A stretch of DNA of 64,000 bases from Tubiluchus corallicola. Lineage: Eukaryota; Animalia; Priapulida. Position numbers and translations under genes: made by a program. Numbering within the stretch: the stretch's first letter is position 1; the number at the start of each line of letters is the position of its first letter. The stretch spans positions 806,001 through 870,000 of the forward strand of contig JAQGDQ010000047.1 in NCBI GenBank assembly GCA_030141605.1. The letters run 5' to 3'. This document shows positions 52,791 through 64,000 of this stretch, in pieces. Below the pieces are notes generated by a model. It made no database searches. It saw nothing but the letters and a program-made list of their open reading frames with translations, and was not told the origin of the DNA.

Positions 52791-53364
52791 GTAATTAATT
52801 GTTACTAATCCTTATAATGTAATGCAGGCATAATTGATGAAGTTTTTAAATGACGAAAGTTCTTCGTGAAAGTAATTAATTTTGTGCTGTGAAAATATGG
52901 ATCAAGTGCGTATTAGCACAATAGTGTTTTAATCCATGCAAAGAATCCTTAATCGTGTCAACCTTCATCATTAATCTATGCAAGAATACATAATGGTTAT
53001 AACCTAACCCGATCATTTTCAAATTTGAAACAAAAATTTACTACAGAATTTCATTTTTTCACGTGATCATTTACAAGTCGTTGGAATAAGTTTTGTGTTT
53101 TGCTGATGAATGATTTGCAAACTGTTTAGTTTTGACTGTACTTTTGATAAATTTTTAGTTACATTAGTCTTTACATAATTGGAAAGAACGCACATTTGGG
53201 CTGAGTGATTATAAAAATTACTTGTTACTTTATGCATCAAACTCTATTATGAATTACTATCATGTTTTCTTTCTGATTAATTAATTGATTCATTTCATTT
53301 TTAACCAGTTTCACGTCGTTTTATTAACAACAATTTTACAGTTACTTTACTTCATCTTTACCAG

Positions 53365-53642
53365 TGAAATTCATTGCAGAAAAAGGGCTGGGAGCCCCAG
53401 CTAACTTATCCATAGAAGTGAAGTTGCAATGCAAAAGTGGCAGTGATGACTCCAACAATGACACTAGTGTTGCTGTTGACAATAGCTATTCAAATGTCAT
53501 CGCCTTTGTTAGTTGGCGCTATGAAAGCAATTTCACGAAACCCGTGCAGTTCGAAATACTTCTGGGAGAATTCATCATTTTGCAGCAGAAAGATCGTAAA
53601 TTATACAAGTTCGGGGAGCCTATCTATATGCCCCAAAATGAG
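53365..53642 (+). CDS. Gene B exon 9: FN3 domain 3, N-terminal part with an A-B loop insertion
   Basis: TCATCTTTACCAG|...GAG|GTATAA; 278 nt, phase 1-0; (V)KFIAEKGLGAPANLSIEV...IAFVSWRYESNFTKPVQFEILLGE...YMPQNE. An alternative in-frame acceptor would start the exon at 53380. Confidence 0.88.
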
Positions 53643-54696
53643 GTATAATTTTTTTAATAATAAATAATACAATTAAACTGTACCCTTTAAAATTTGATAC
53701 TTGTTAGCATAAAAAAGTTGTTTGCGCAGTCGGCTGTTAGAATTAGCCTTATAACTGGATTTTTGGCAAAAACAAGGATTCATTACTGCGTCTTAGCCAA
53801 GGTGTTTTTAAAAAAAAACAACAATATATGCTTAATAACTTTTGTGACTGCTTAACAAAAATTATATCAGGCAGCTGAAAAAATGTTTTAATCAGAATGT
53901 TACAAGAAAATAATAACCTGAAAATCACCACAATGATGTTACAGACACTTATGCACAAACACCAAAAGTTTTAGGTTATTCTCTTAGATTTGTCCAAAGA
54001 TGCAGAAGTTTTTTTAATCAAGTATGTGTGCACCATTTTAACTGCGAACTAGACGAAGGCATTTCTTCCAAAAAATGAGAGACACAGTTCAGGTCTCACT
54101 TTTTAAGGCGCTCTATGGTCACAGCACTCAACAATTTTTACCTTTAGTTCTTTTACATCAAACAATTCTGTGCGGCTATTGTACACTTTCTTTTTTAGGG
54201 AATTTCAGATGCTGTAATCCAGAGGACCAAAGCCCCATTTTTTTCTTGATAACAAATTTTTATCAGTGCTTTCTTTTCTGTGGGGAAGGCCATGATGTAA
54301 ACAGGGTTGATTTGTTTATTGTAGTTACTGCTTTATGCCTCAGTGCAACTGTTTTTAGTTGATTTTTAACATGCAAAATTATTTTCAGCCACAACTTAAA
54401 AACCACTGTAGCTATAAACTTGTAACTTTCACAGTCAAAATCTAATGGGCAGTAATATCATGTCTTTGAAGTTCAAATTTAAAGGCCTTACTTTTAATGT
54501 TATTGTAGCCTAAGGTTTAGTCCATTTTTTGCGCCGCCCGATATATATGCTTTTATTCGCACATATTACACATAACGGTGGAATAAATATTTGTTAGTAA
54601 TAATTTATCAATTACAATAACTTCTTTCTGAAAAATCTAGTGTATGGGTTTCACCCTCATTAATTCAGTACAGCTCATAAGCAAGTGCGACTCGAC

Positions 54697-54799
<103 letters not shown>

Positions 54800-55350
54800 G
54801 CCATCTTGAATATGGAAGGCACGAGTGCTTTCAAGGGCCAGAGCAAGGTTGGGCCCTCGAAAAACGATAAAGGATTTTGTTCGTCACATAAAACATCATG
54901 CAGCTTTCAGGCGACAGTTTGTTCTATATGCCCAATTCGGAATTAAGTCATTGGAATTATTCATAAATACTATCATGATTTATAACATGTACCAATGCTT
55001 TTTCCCTAAAATTGGTGTCAAGTGGCTAAGCCAATTAAGCCAGAGAGACGACATCGAAGCATTCATGTACATGAGGTGCATGACTAGGCCCATGAAAAGT
55101 CTGTCATTGCCACATAGCAGAACTGAACAGAGGTGGGGAAGAGCTAACAACTGACATCAAGTCTCAAGTGGACCTTTTGGGTTCCCCACCATGCAAAAAC
55201 AACCTTATCTCATCATAAGTCATGTAAACTACCGTCTTAACCCATTACAAGCGAGCTGACAAAATGATCTGCTAGTGTCCTAGTCGAAGGCTAGGACCAA
55301 CGAAGGCACTGTTGATCCAGTGTAGTCAATTGGCCTCGTTCTTTCACCTT
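54800..55350 (-). mobile_element. Possible retroposon (SINE or LINE 3' end) with (AAT)n tail
   Basis: A GC-richer block whose minus strand ends ...CAAGATGGC directly into (AAT)n. No coding motif recognised; the 5' boundary is a guess. Confidence 0.35.
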
Positions 55351-57383
55351 CGCTCATTGACTTAATTGAGAAAACTGTGTAGAGCTAGGCAAAAGTAGAA
55401 AGTAGAAAGTTCTTTCCTCTGAGCTAATTGCGCTGTCTTGATTTTGTTATTTCTCCCCAATGACCTAAAATTTTATCGTATTTTTTATGTAGATGGATAG
55501 ATGGCTGGAAAGATTTTGTTCGAGTGCAAGCGATTTTATTTTTTCTCATAATAATCATTTTTCTCATTTCCTTTAAATTTTTTGGTACTGCCTTTTACAT
55601 CAAACCCTTGTGTCAAAATAAACACAGAAAAATGGTGTCATTTGTTTTTGTATGCTATCTAGTTCGACAGAACGTCAATTACTAATTTCATCAAAAATCA
55701 AAGATGGCCGTCAGATGAACCAGTGGGACAATAATTTGTGACAGGAACAACAAAATTCGTTAGCTAGACTCTCTTAGGTACACAAAAAAGTAGTTAGAAA
55801 AGAAATCCTAGGGCTGCATTGGAACACGCCATGCTGCTGAGGTGCATAAACCAATGGTTGGTGGCGTAATAAATACAGTGATTTTTCGCTGTATACCCTG
55901 TCTTCTTTTCCAGGCCAATTAACGTCAATTTATATGTAAATGACAAAATATAAATGATGAAGAAAGTAGTGCTGATTAAAATTCAGAACAGGTCTGCAAG
56001 CAGCAATGTTACAAAATTTTCTGATTTTTGATGAGAGTTATGTCTACAGTCACTAAAATTTAACGTAATAAGGAAGACATTAAAATGAATAATTATAGGC
56101 ACACTCGTGTAACTTAATAATGTATTGTGAAAGTTCATTTTTGAGGGGCAGCTGATAAACCACAAACATTATTCCTGTTCTTTAGTTGTACAGTTTGATA
56201 TTAACAATTATAGGCCAAGAAAACACTTTTCTTGAAATGCCAAAGTTATCCTTTTAAGGTAAATTTAAAACTTCTTTTAAATTTGATTCTTATTTGGTAA
56301 AAGTAAAGAATGTTAAAATCAAAAAGTAATGACTAATGACTAAGTTTAGAACAAGCGCTCACTCGCTGCCTATTGAAACTGGGCGGTATTTAAGAGCTCC
56401 TGTTCCTCGAGAGGAGCGTTTATGTGCCAAGCGTATTGAATTCGGTGACGAATGTCATTTTTCCTATTTTGCTCTAAACATAACACCGCCCGGAACTTCC
56501 TTGTAAATACAGTGACATGTTATATTACAGATTTTTACTTTTTAATGATGACAAACTAATTTGCATGATGCAATTTCATGATGTCACTGTTCAATGTGCT
56601 GTAGCTAAGTTTGTTCGCATTTGTATGTAAAAATTTGTTGTATGGATGCTTTTTATTTGATCGGCCTTATTGGCCAAGAATCAATAAATTACTGTACTAT
56701 ACCTTTCGCAAATTAAGCTTAAAAACTTTTTCTTAAAATTTCGTATGAATTACACGCTGTCTCATTACACCCAGAGCTTATGGGGCTTGGGCTTATGGGC
56801 CTTAGCAGTAACGCTGTATTAAAAATTGTAAATTGAAACTCCGTGACGACCGTTAACCATAGCCATTTTAACATTGAGTCTTTTGAAACAAGTTTATATA
56901 ACATTGCGTAATGTTTGAAAAAAATAATCAGATATCAATAAGACCATTAAGTGTGTTTTCGGTGAGTCAGTGATGCACACTGGGATAGAGTGACGTGAAC
57001 ATGTTAAATGATTAAAAATTTAAGTGTTTTAAACAAGTAAGAATAATGGTAGTAATATAACTTCGCATAGAAAGTTTTACGGCATATATTTTAAAATTCC
57101 CTTTTCTTCACTTTTAAATTTAACGAGGTTTGTCAAATACAAAAAAGTACTAAAACACTTTTAGTATCTCAGTATTTTCGCAAAATTCATAGTAAATACG
57201 AGTAAAGCATCAATTAACCAAGCGACTAACTCGGTTTTTTAGCTGCTATATAGATCTAGTAACAACATAGTAGTTATTAAGTATGGCTTATCACAGTTAA
57301 TCAATTAACCAGTTAATTGATTAATTGTTAATTAATTGCTGGCTAATTTAATTAGTCTAACTAATTGTGAATTTCTTTTTCAG

Positions 57384-57443
57384 AGTGAGTTTTACGAGCA
57401 TAGAATCGAAAATTTAGCAGTACAGGAATGGTATAAAATATTG
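57384..57443 (+). CDS. Gene B exon 10: FN3 domain 3, strands E-F
   Basis: CTAAT branch-like site, TTTCTTTTTCAG|...TTG|GTAAGT; 60 nt, phase 0-0; SEFYEHRIENLAVQEWYKIL (I.NL.....Y FN3 motif). Confidence 0.88.
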
Positions 57444-58029
57444 GTAAGTCACTGTTCATTGCTATAGTGCTACCATGGCTAGCATTTCATTTATGCTTCT
57501 CATGTGCAGGTATGCAAAGATTCCTGTTATATAAGAAACTCACCTATATCTTTTGTGTTGCAATTGCTTTCTCTAAAGAAAAAAATATATCGATTTGAGT
57601 CATTCAGCAAATCAGAATGTGCAGAAGGTGAAACTCTTGTTTTAGGCAAAATACTTGTTAATACAAAAGGTGAAATTTTAAATATTTAATACACGGCTAT
57701 TTTATTCATTAGTTATTTGTCGTAGAAATAACGTTTGCCATTTTATAAATTGTGGGAAGGCAAATCTGTGCACATTCCCCAACTGAATTTTTAGAAGTAA
57801 CAGGGCTGATTTTTAGAACTTTCAAGAAACATCTAATACAGGAGCGTATACAACATTGGAAGTACTCGAAAATATTCATATTAGGTTAAATAACATATAA
57901 GAATGTATTTTTATCAGACAAGTATCTTTTCTATCTATTTTCATAAGTCCATAATAATCATTGTCAGTTTCTTTGTATATGTCTTTTATATCGAAATCAA
58001 CGCTGGCAACGCTGAAAAATAAAAAAATA

Positions 58030-58300
58030 GTTTGCTCATCTGTTTATTCATTCATTTGTTTATCTGTTTGTAAGTTTGTCCGTTTATTTATTTATTTGTT
58101 AGTTTTTTATTCCTTTTTAAGTTTGTTCATTTGCTTGTTCATTCATTCATTCATTGATTGATTGACTGACTAACCGATTGATTGATTTATTGATCGATCG
58201 ATTGATTGATGATTGACTGACTATTCATTCATTCATTCATTCATTCGTTCGTTCGTTCGTTCGTTCGTTCGTTCGTCATTCATTCAGTCATATCCGTTCA
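58030..58300. repeat. Compound tetranucleotide tract (TTTG/ATTC/ATTG/GTTC)
   Basis: Directly visible. Confidence 0.9.
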
Positions 58301-58957
58301 TGTTGCATGAGTCCCCCTGCTTGAGGTATGCAAATCGAAGTACATGTATTTAAAATTCGGCGCTTACAAAATTTATGTTTACATTAATACGCCAAATCTT
58401 TTCAGTATTTCAGTTTCATAAATGCGTGCCTAAACACTAAAAGCACAAATCTATGCATACATAATAGGGCTTAAACTAGACAGAGACAAAGTTTAATGTG
58501 TAATGTGTAACTGTTGCAATGTTTAACCTCGATGACTGGCTTTTAATAGCACAAGTTGGTTTTGAAGTCAAAAAGCACAAGCAAGAAACCTTGTAGAAAG
58601 CCACAATTTCCAATGAACTACATGTAGTATGAAACAATTAATACAATGTCATACCTGTTCTTTGATTAATGTGGTTTTAGTCTCGTTTAATAAACATCAT
58701 CATTGTGTCATGAGTGATATTTTATATTTTGGTGTTTTTCTCGAGCTTTTTTTCTGTGCTTATATTAATTGCTTAATTACTTACTGGCCTATTGTCATTG
58801 TAAAATTACAAAGTATTTAGAGATTTAGGACTGATTACGGAATATGACTGCGATTTTTTTATTGTATATTATTATGTTACATTCATCAAGTAAATGGTCC
58901 ACGTAATTTGACTTCAAAGTCGTTTGTCTCACCTTTTATCTGTATTTCCGTAACGAA

Positions 58958-59863
58958 TGCAGGTAAAAATAGCACAAGTAAAATGGCTATTGAAAAAATG
59001 GCACGGTAAAAATGGCATAAATGGAAAAGTAGATAAAAATGGCACAGGAAAAATGACACACTTAGTAATATATGTGCCTAGGATTAGGGTTACAATGGGG
59101 TATAATTATTTTAGTTATTTTTACCTCTGCCAAGGAAGTTATCCTATTTGTCTATTTGGTTGATTTTTTTGTTTGTTATGGCAGTAAGTCAGTTACGCTA
59201 AAACTATCTAACAGATTTTCAAGAAATTTTGTGAAGAAAGGTGGGTATAGAGTGCCAAATGGGAATATTTTCACCTGTTATTTTTTCGCAAAACTCGACC
59301 GAACACCACGTACAAAAAATGTTCTTGAAGCACCTCATGGAGGTCTCAGAGGGAATTTATAGTACCTTTTTTTATTATCTCTACCAGGACACACAACTAC
59401 GAGTTAGTTCCAGGTTCCATTTCGAGAAAATCTCACTTGTAAAACTGTGTAACTGTCTATAAACTTTGCTTAATAATGCGTATAGCCCTATAAGGTGACT
59501 TGGTACTTATATATATTTGTCAGTCTACTAACACTGCCAAAATTAATATTGAAAAAGGGTAGATAAACACTATGTGGAACATCGATGCATTATTGATAGT
59601 AAATCCACTTTTTGAACAAATATTTTGTAAGCCTTTTGCTAGTCTATATAATACAAATACATGTACAATTTTGTATGTTTGCTTTTTTATCTTTGTGTAT
59701 GATTTTTTGAATCAAAAGAATCAGACGAGTAAGGTTAGAATTGTTTTGTTTGATTATAGAAATCAATTGCATCAAAATAACATATGGGCCATTTTTCCTA
59801 CTTTTCCATTTGTGCCATTTTTTCCTGTGCCATTTTTACCTGTGCCATTTTATACTGCGCACC
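58958..59863. mobile_element. Foldback-type element with arms of tandem GGTAAAAATGGCACA units
   Basis: The left arm 58958-59060 (GGCATAAATGGAAAAGTAGATAAAAATGGCACA) is inverted in the right arm 59785-59863 (TGGGCCATTTTTCCTACTTTTCCATTTGTGCC). GGATTAGGGTTA follows the left arm. Confidence 0.8.
59119..59363 (+). mobile_element. Helentron-associated (HINE/DINE-like) non-autonomous element nested in the foldback
   Basis: Starts TTTTACCTCTGCCAAGGAAGTTAT, then (GTTT)-like repeats and GATTTTCAAGAAATTTTGTG, and ends GGAGGTCT...TAGT. The subterminal inverted ACCTC/GAGGT and T-rich insertion site fit this class. Confidence 0.6.
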
Positions 59864-60591
59864 ATCCGGATCAGTAGTCAATAGCTAGATCTAATAAGTT
59901 TCATTGCAAATTTTTCGTTTTTATTTATTCTCGACTTTAACTAATATGAGCCGATAATGTAAGGGCAGAAAAGTCGACCACGAAATTTCACACTACTTTT
60001 ATGTTTCTTGCGCTTTTGATATACTAGTTTCTTCAGTTTGCTCAAGTTTGTTGTTGCATGGTTTTTATTTGTCCTTGCATTGCTAATTGCTGGAACGATA
60101 AAATACAGTAATAATTAATTGTTCATTTATACGGTTAATTTCAAGATTATTAATTAAAACTGAAGTGAAACTAGGTGCATCAAATTTTTGACACCAAACT
60201 TTTGATCGAAAGGAAGAAAATGTGAAAAAGTCGGGGTGATTAGTTAATAATTAATCTAACGTGAAAAAACTAAACGTAAATGCTAAATTGTTTGGCGATC
60301 TATAAGAACTGAATTAAGATTACTACTTAAGGCTCATTTCACACAGCGGATACTTGAAAATAATGCACAGAATTGCTTTTACAAAATCTAAAAATTTACC
60401 TAAATAAATTGATTTGTTTGTGAAAATATATGCAGCAAGCAAGTTCATTTATTTCACTGCGCAACTTTTCACGCGCGTCCAGCTAGTTACAAATTGCAGT
60501 TTACACACATCGGGATAGAATTAGGTTTAATCAATAGAAAACAGGTTAATTTTTAGAATGGCTAACCACTTCACAGTTTGTGAACATAGAT

Positions 60592-60800
60592 TTATAATAA
60601 TGATGATGATTATTATTATAACAACAACAACAGCAGCAGCAGCAACAACAACAATGTGTATGTTTTTATTCGTTTTCACGAACAGGCCTAACCATCACTG
60701 TTGCTTTAATAATGCATTAAATTGTTTATGCCTATATGATAAAAATAGACTAAAACTTATAATCATTATAATTATAATTATAATTGTAATTATTATTAGC
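60592..60800. repeat. Short compound trinucleotide repeats (AAT/ATG/AAC/AGC) and (ATAATT)n
   Basis: Directly visible. Confidence 0.85.
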
Positions 60801-61354
60801 TAAAGAAAAAGTAATTAAGCATTTAAATTTTTATGTAAACTCCACGATGAATCGTCGCAACAACGTTTCATTTCTATCTAGCGGTTTAAGATTACTTGGT
60901 TTGGACAACAAACATTACCTTATTCTGTTGATACTAAAGTGTAGATCTCAGTATTACATCATATTGCTATTTAGCTGCCAGCATTCATAAATCTGAAACG
61001 CGTGTGCAGTTCACTGCTAACAATAATTTAAGATACTGTGGTACTATGATTCTTACGAAAGCAGCAACTCAAGGTTTTCTAGCTTAATTTAATAGAAATA
61101 GAAACCTCCGTAAAAACGTTTAATTTCTTAGCGCATCATGATCTGTTGTCCTCAGAAAATCGGAGTCACATGGAAATGGCATTGGCATTATATTTCACTT
61201 TTGTTCGTAGGATCATTTTCGTGATTTGAGTTTAACTTTTTGTGTTTATTATAATCAAATAAAATTGTCTGTGTTTGGCATATTAAACTCACATACCTCT
61301 TCGGTCCTTCTGGGGCGGATTTAGAAACACTGCATGGAAAACATAATGGAAAAC

Positions 61355-61550
61355 CGCTGAGATTTAAGCTTTCATGATTTACTAAGTAAATACAAAGTTA
61401 CGTGTCAGTTTTAGTTTGAATAAATAAGCAAGTAGATGTCCATTGCTTAGTGCACTGAGATTTAAGTTTTCAGGGCTTACTAAGTAAATGCAAAGTTACG
61501 TATCATTTGTAGCTTGAAAAAATAAGCAAGCAGACGTCTATTCCTCAGTG
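61355..61550. repeat. Head-to-tail dimer of a 98-bp unit bounded by CACTGAG...CTCAGTG inverted ends
   Basis: Copy 1 61355-61452 (CGCTGAG...CTTAGTG); copy 2 61453-61550 (CACTGAG...CTCAGTG); ungapped alignment with substitutions. Confidence 0.88.
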
Positions 61551-61867
61551 TTCCAGGTTTGACAAAAGATGTATACAAATATATAACCAAAGTAGAAAAT
61601 GTCTAGTAAATTTATTTTGTGCATTCCTCTCTGGGATGTTCTCAGCGGAGAAATTCTATTAAAAATATGACCTTGCATGTAAAATAACTCGTTCCTCTCC
61701 CGAGACAGCCATTACAGCAGAAAATGGCTTTCGTGAATAGTTAAATAGTTTTGCAACGTAATAGGAAAATAAACGGCAGTTCAGCACGGTATAATACAAG
61801 ATCAGGCTTAACTAGATTGAATGCTTCATGCTCGCTTATAGCCTTTATAAATAGTTGATTGTTTCAG

Positions 61868-61931
61868 ATAAAGGCAGTTGATAGTGACTTCTGTGAGAGC
61901 CAGCACGCAACAGAGGAATTTTATACCGAGA
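61868..61931 (+). CDS. Gene B exon 11: end of FN3 domain 3 (gene continues beyond the window)
   Basis: TTGTTTCAG|...GAGA|GTAAGT; 64 nt, phase 0-1; IKAVDSDFCESQHATEEFYTE (I.AV.....S......F.T FN3 ending). Confidence 0.88.
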
Positions 61932-62804
61932 GTAAGTTATAGTCTCATAAATTATCAAGCTTCTTAAGCGTCACAGTGTCTCAATCAATATAAATCTGTT
62001 AGCATGTGTCCACAAATAATTTCCTATCGCAATTGGGACCGGAAAATCTAGCGAACTGAATCAGAAATTGGTGTTAATAAGACCTTATATCATGTCAATG
62101 AAATAATAGTAAGACTATTACAAAAGCCAGTAATTGAATAGCATTTTAAATTAGCGATGAGACTCGAGATCTGTATTGAGAGTCGAAAATATTGAGCATT
62201 TTTCAGTAATCGGTAGCGGAATCGAGCAAAATTTCTTCGATTCTTAAACGATTCTTTCACATTTACTACAGATTTTTTTGGAGATGCTTTTTAGATGTAT
62301 AGGTTTTAAGCATTATCATTGACCCTTTCTGAAATATTAAAGCATAGTCGTTTATCAAAACTGTCTGGCAGTTTTGTATTTTATTTTCGTGATTTGACAA
62401 TATTTGCCTTGATTATTCATGAAAATAATCTACTTCTACACACGATTACCACGTTTATGCAAAATGCTCCCAGGACCTCTCGTTACTGGTTCCGACTGTT
62501 TTGTTCTTAATATTCGTTTTCTGATGCCTCCATAGTCTCATTCCGTAGATCTGCTGCTTATAAATCCAGTTTTTTCATTTTGTTCTCATCTGTGGAATTC
62601 TCTGCCAGACAATAATTGTTTTCCTGAAATTCCATACAACCTCATTAAATTCAAGAAAAAAAATCAGCAGATTTTTGATATTATCGTGACAGATACAACT
62701 GAAACTCAACTGTAAAGTAAAAACATCCAACAGCAGTTTTGAAGAGACTCGGAATCGATGCTTTTTCGGAGGAATGAGAATTTCATCTATCTTCTTTTCG
62801 TGTT

Positions 62805-63205
62805 TCTTTTCTCTCTCCCTTTGTTTCTCTGTCTCTCTCTCTCTCTCTCTCATTCTCTCTATCTGTCCGTCCGTCTGTTCGTTCGTCCGTCCGTCCTTCT
62901 GTTCGTCCGTCCATTCGTCCGTCCGTCCGTCCGTCCGTCCGTCCGTCCGTCCGTCCGTCCGTCCGTCCGTCCGTCCGTCCGTCCGTCCGTCCGTCCGTCC
63001 GTCCATCCATCCATCCATCCATCCATCCATCCATCCATCCATCCATCCATCTCGTCAGGTCTATCTCTGTTTCTGTCTCTACCTCTGTCTCTATCTCTAT
63101 ATCTATCTGCTTACGTGCTTGCCTGTCTGCCAGTCAGCTTGTCTATGTATCTTGCTAATTATTCTATCTGTCTTTATTTCTGTTGCTGTCTTTCTCTATG
63201 TTTGT
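62805..63205. repeat. (TC)n, (GTCC)n, (ATCC)n and (TCTA/TCTG) tracts
   Basis: Directly visible; explains the RPSV/DGRT ORFs. Confidence 0.95.
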
Positions 63206-63279
63206 GTGATCTATGAGAATCCATATGTTGATTTTTTTATCATCATTGTTATGGTAGGCAGCGAGTTTTTCACCTTTTA

Positions 63280-64000
63280 ATTCGTGTTAACTCGCAAATG
63301 CAGAAGGCTAGAGTCACGAAACTTTCAGGGTAGACGTCTGTGGTAGGGGCCTTGAAAGTGGTCTAGTGAACAGCGACCACGCTCAAAGGTGTCAGGAATG
63401 CTAAACCTCGGTCAGTTTTTCGATAACCATTCAACTCCTCCTCGGGCTTCGAGTTAAGGATTTTTTCCAGGTAGATGTATAACTGGGCTCTTAAAAATCT
63501 AGGATTCTTTAATGGCCCGAGATAGGACTAAAGTGCATAACACTAATAACTCTAAAACTATAATAAATAAAGTCACGAAACTTGCAGGGTGGCTGGGGTA
63601 GGGGTATGGTACCTCTGTCAAAAGACATTGTACAATGTACATTAATCTGTTTTTCATTGCCGTTCAACTCCTAGGGCGTTCAGTTAAGTTCGATGATGTA
63701 GATAAAAGCATTCCTTAAAGGTCCGAGGCACAGGTCAAAATGTGAAAATTAGGGCAAATAGCTTTGTTCTTCAAGTAGTAACATTAAATAGCTTCAGAAC
63801 TAGAGTCGTGAAATTTCAATCTGCCATGGCAGACCGACATTTAGGCAGACTGTAGGGTGGATAATGCACTGAGGGATTTAAGGAGCCTGGACGGGATTTT
63901 TTAAGAACTCGAGATAGGACCCAAAAATGCTTAACATTGAATAACTATAGTCAAGAAACTTGCAGGGTACGGGCTTAGACAATGGTGCAAAATGTAGATA
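63280..64000 (+). mobile_element. Degenerate tandem array of 150-260-bp units, DINE-1/HINE-like central repeats (runs off the window end)
   Basis: An AGTCACGAAACTT(T/G)CAGGGT-like motif occurs at 63312, 63571, 63804 and 63949. CGAGATAGGAC occurs at 63518 and 63910, and TTCAACTCCT...AGTTAAG twice. The array follows a (GTCC)n tract. Confidence 0.55.

Noticed and set aside
58958-59060. Short regularly repeated units resembling a CRISPR array
   Set aside because: The units abut without unique spacers, have an inverted counterpart, and lie in a eukaryotic intron with no cas genes.

Overview
AT-rich eukaryotic, very probably invertebrate animal, genomic DNA with long introns and many microsatellites. 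I found no bacterial-type features, CRISPR arrays, rRNA or true tRNA genes. Two spliced genes could be assembled by hand. Gene B (+ strand, 11 coding exons from 9805 to 61931, continuing past the window end) gives one phase-consistent 1303-nt (434-aa) ORF: signal peptide, CxxxC/CxxGC Cys box, then three fibronectin type III (FN3) domains with a Cys-rich linker microexon. It looks like the ectodomain of a secreted or receptor protein resembling Anosmin-1/ROS1/Torso-type proteins; no transmembrane or kinase region lies in the window. Gene A (- strand, exons 1748-1706, 564-445, 118-<1) encodes an ShK-like Cys module followed by the start of a C-type lectin domain. It is surrounded by decayed exon-like segments and may be a pseudogene. 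The most striking signal is that 3 of the 13 inferred splice donors are non-canonical GC donors (all G|GCAAGT, all phase 1, all at domain boundaries). The introns hold LINE fragments (one sitting inside a (GA)n tract), a tRNA-derived SINE, several MITE/foldback elements including a ~140-bp-arm hairpin, Helentron/DINE-like elements and local duplications. All calls come from manual reading and translation; no database searches were run, so family names are by motif recall.
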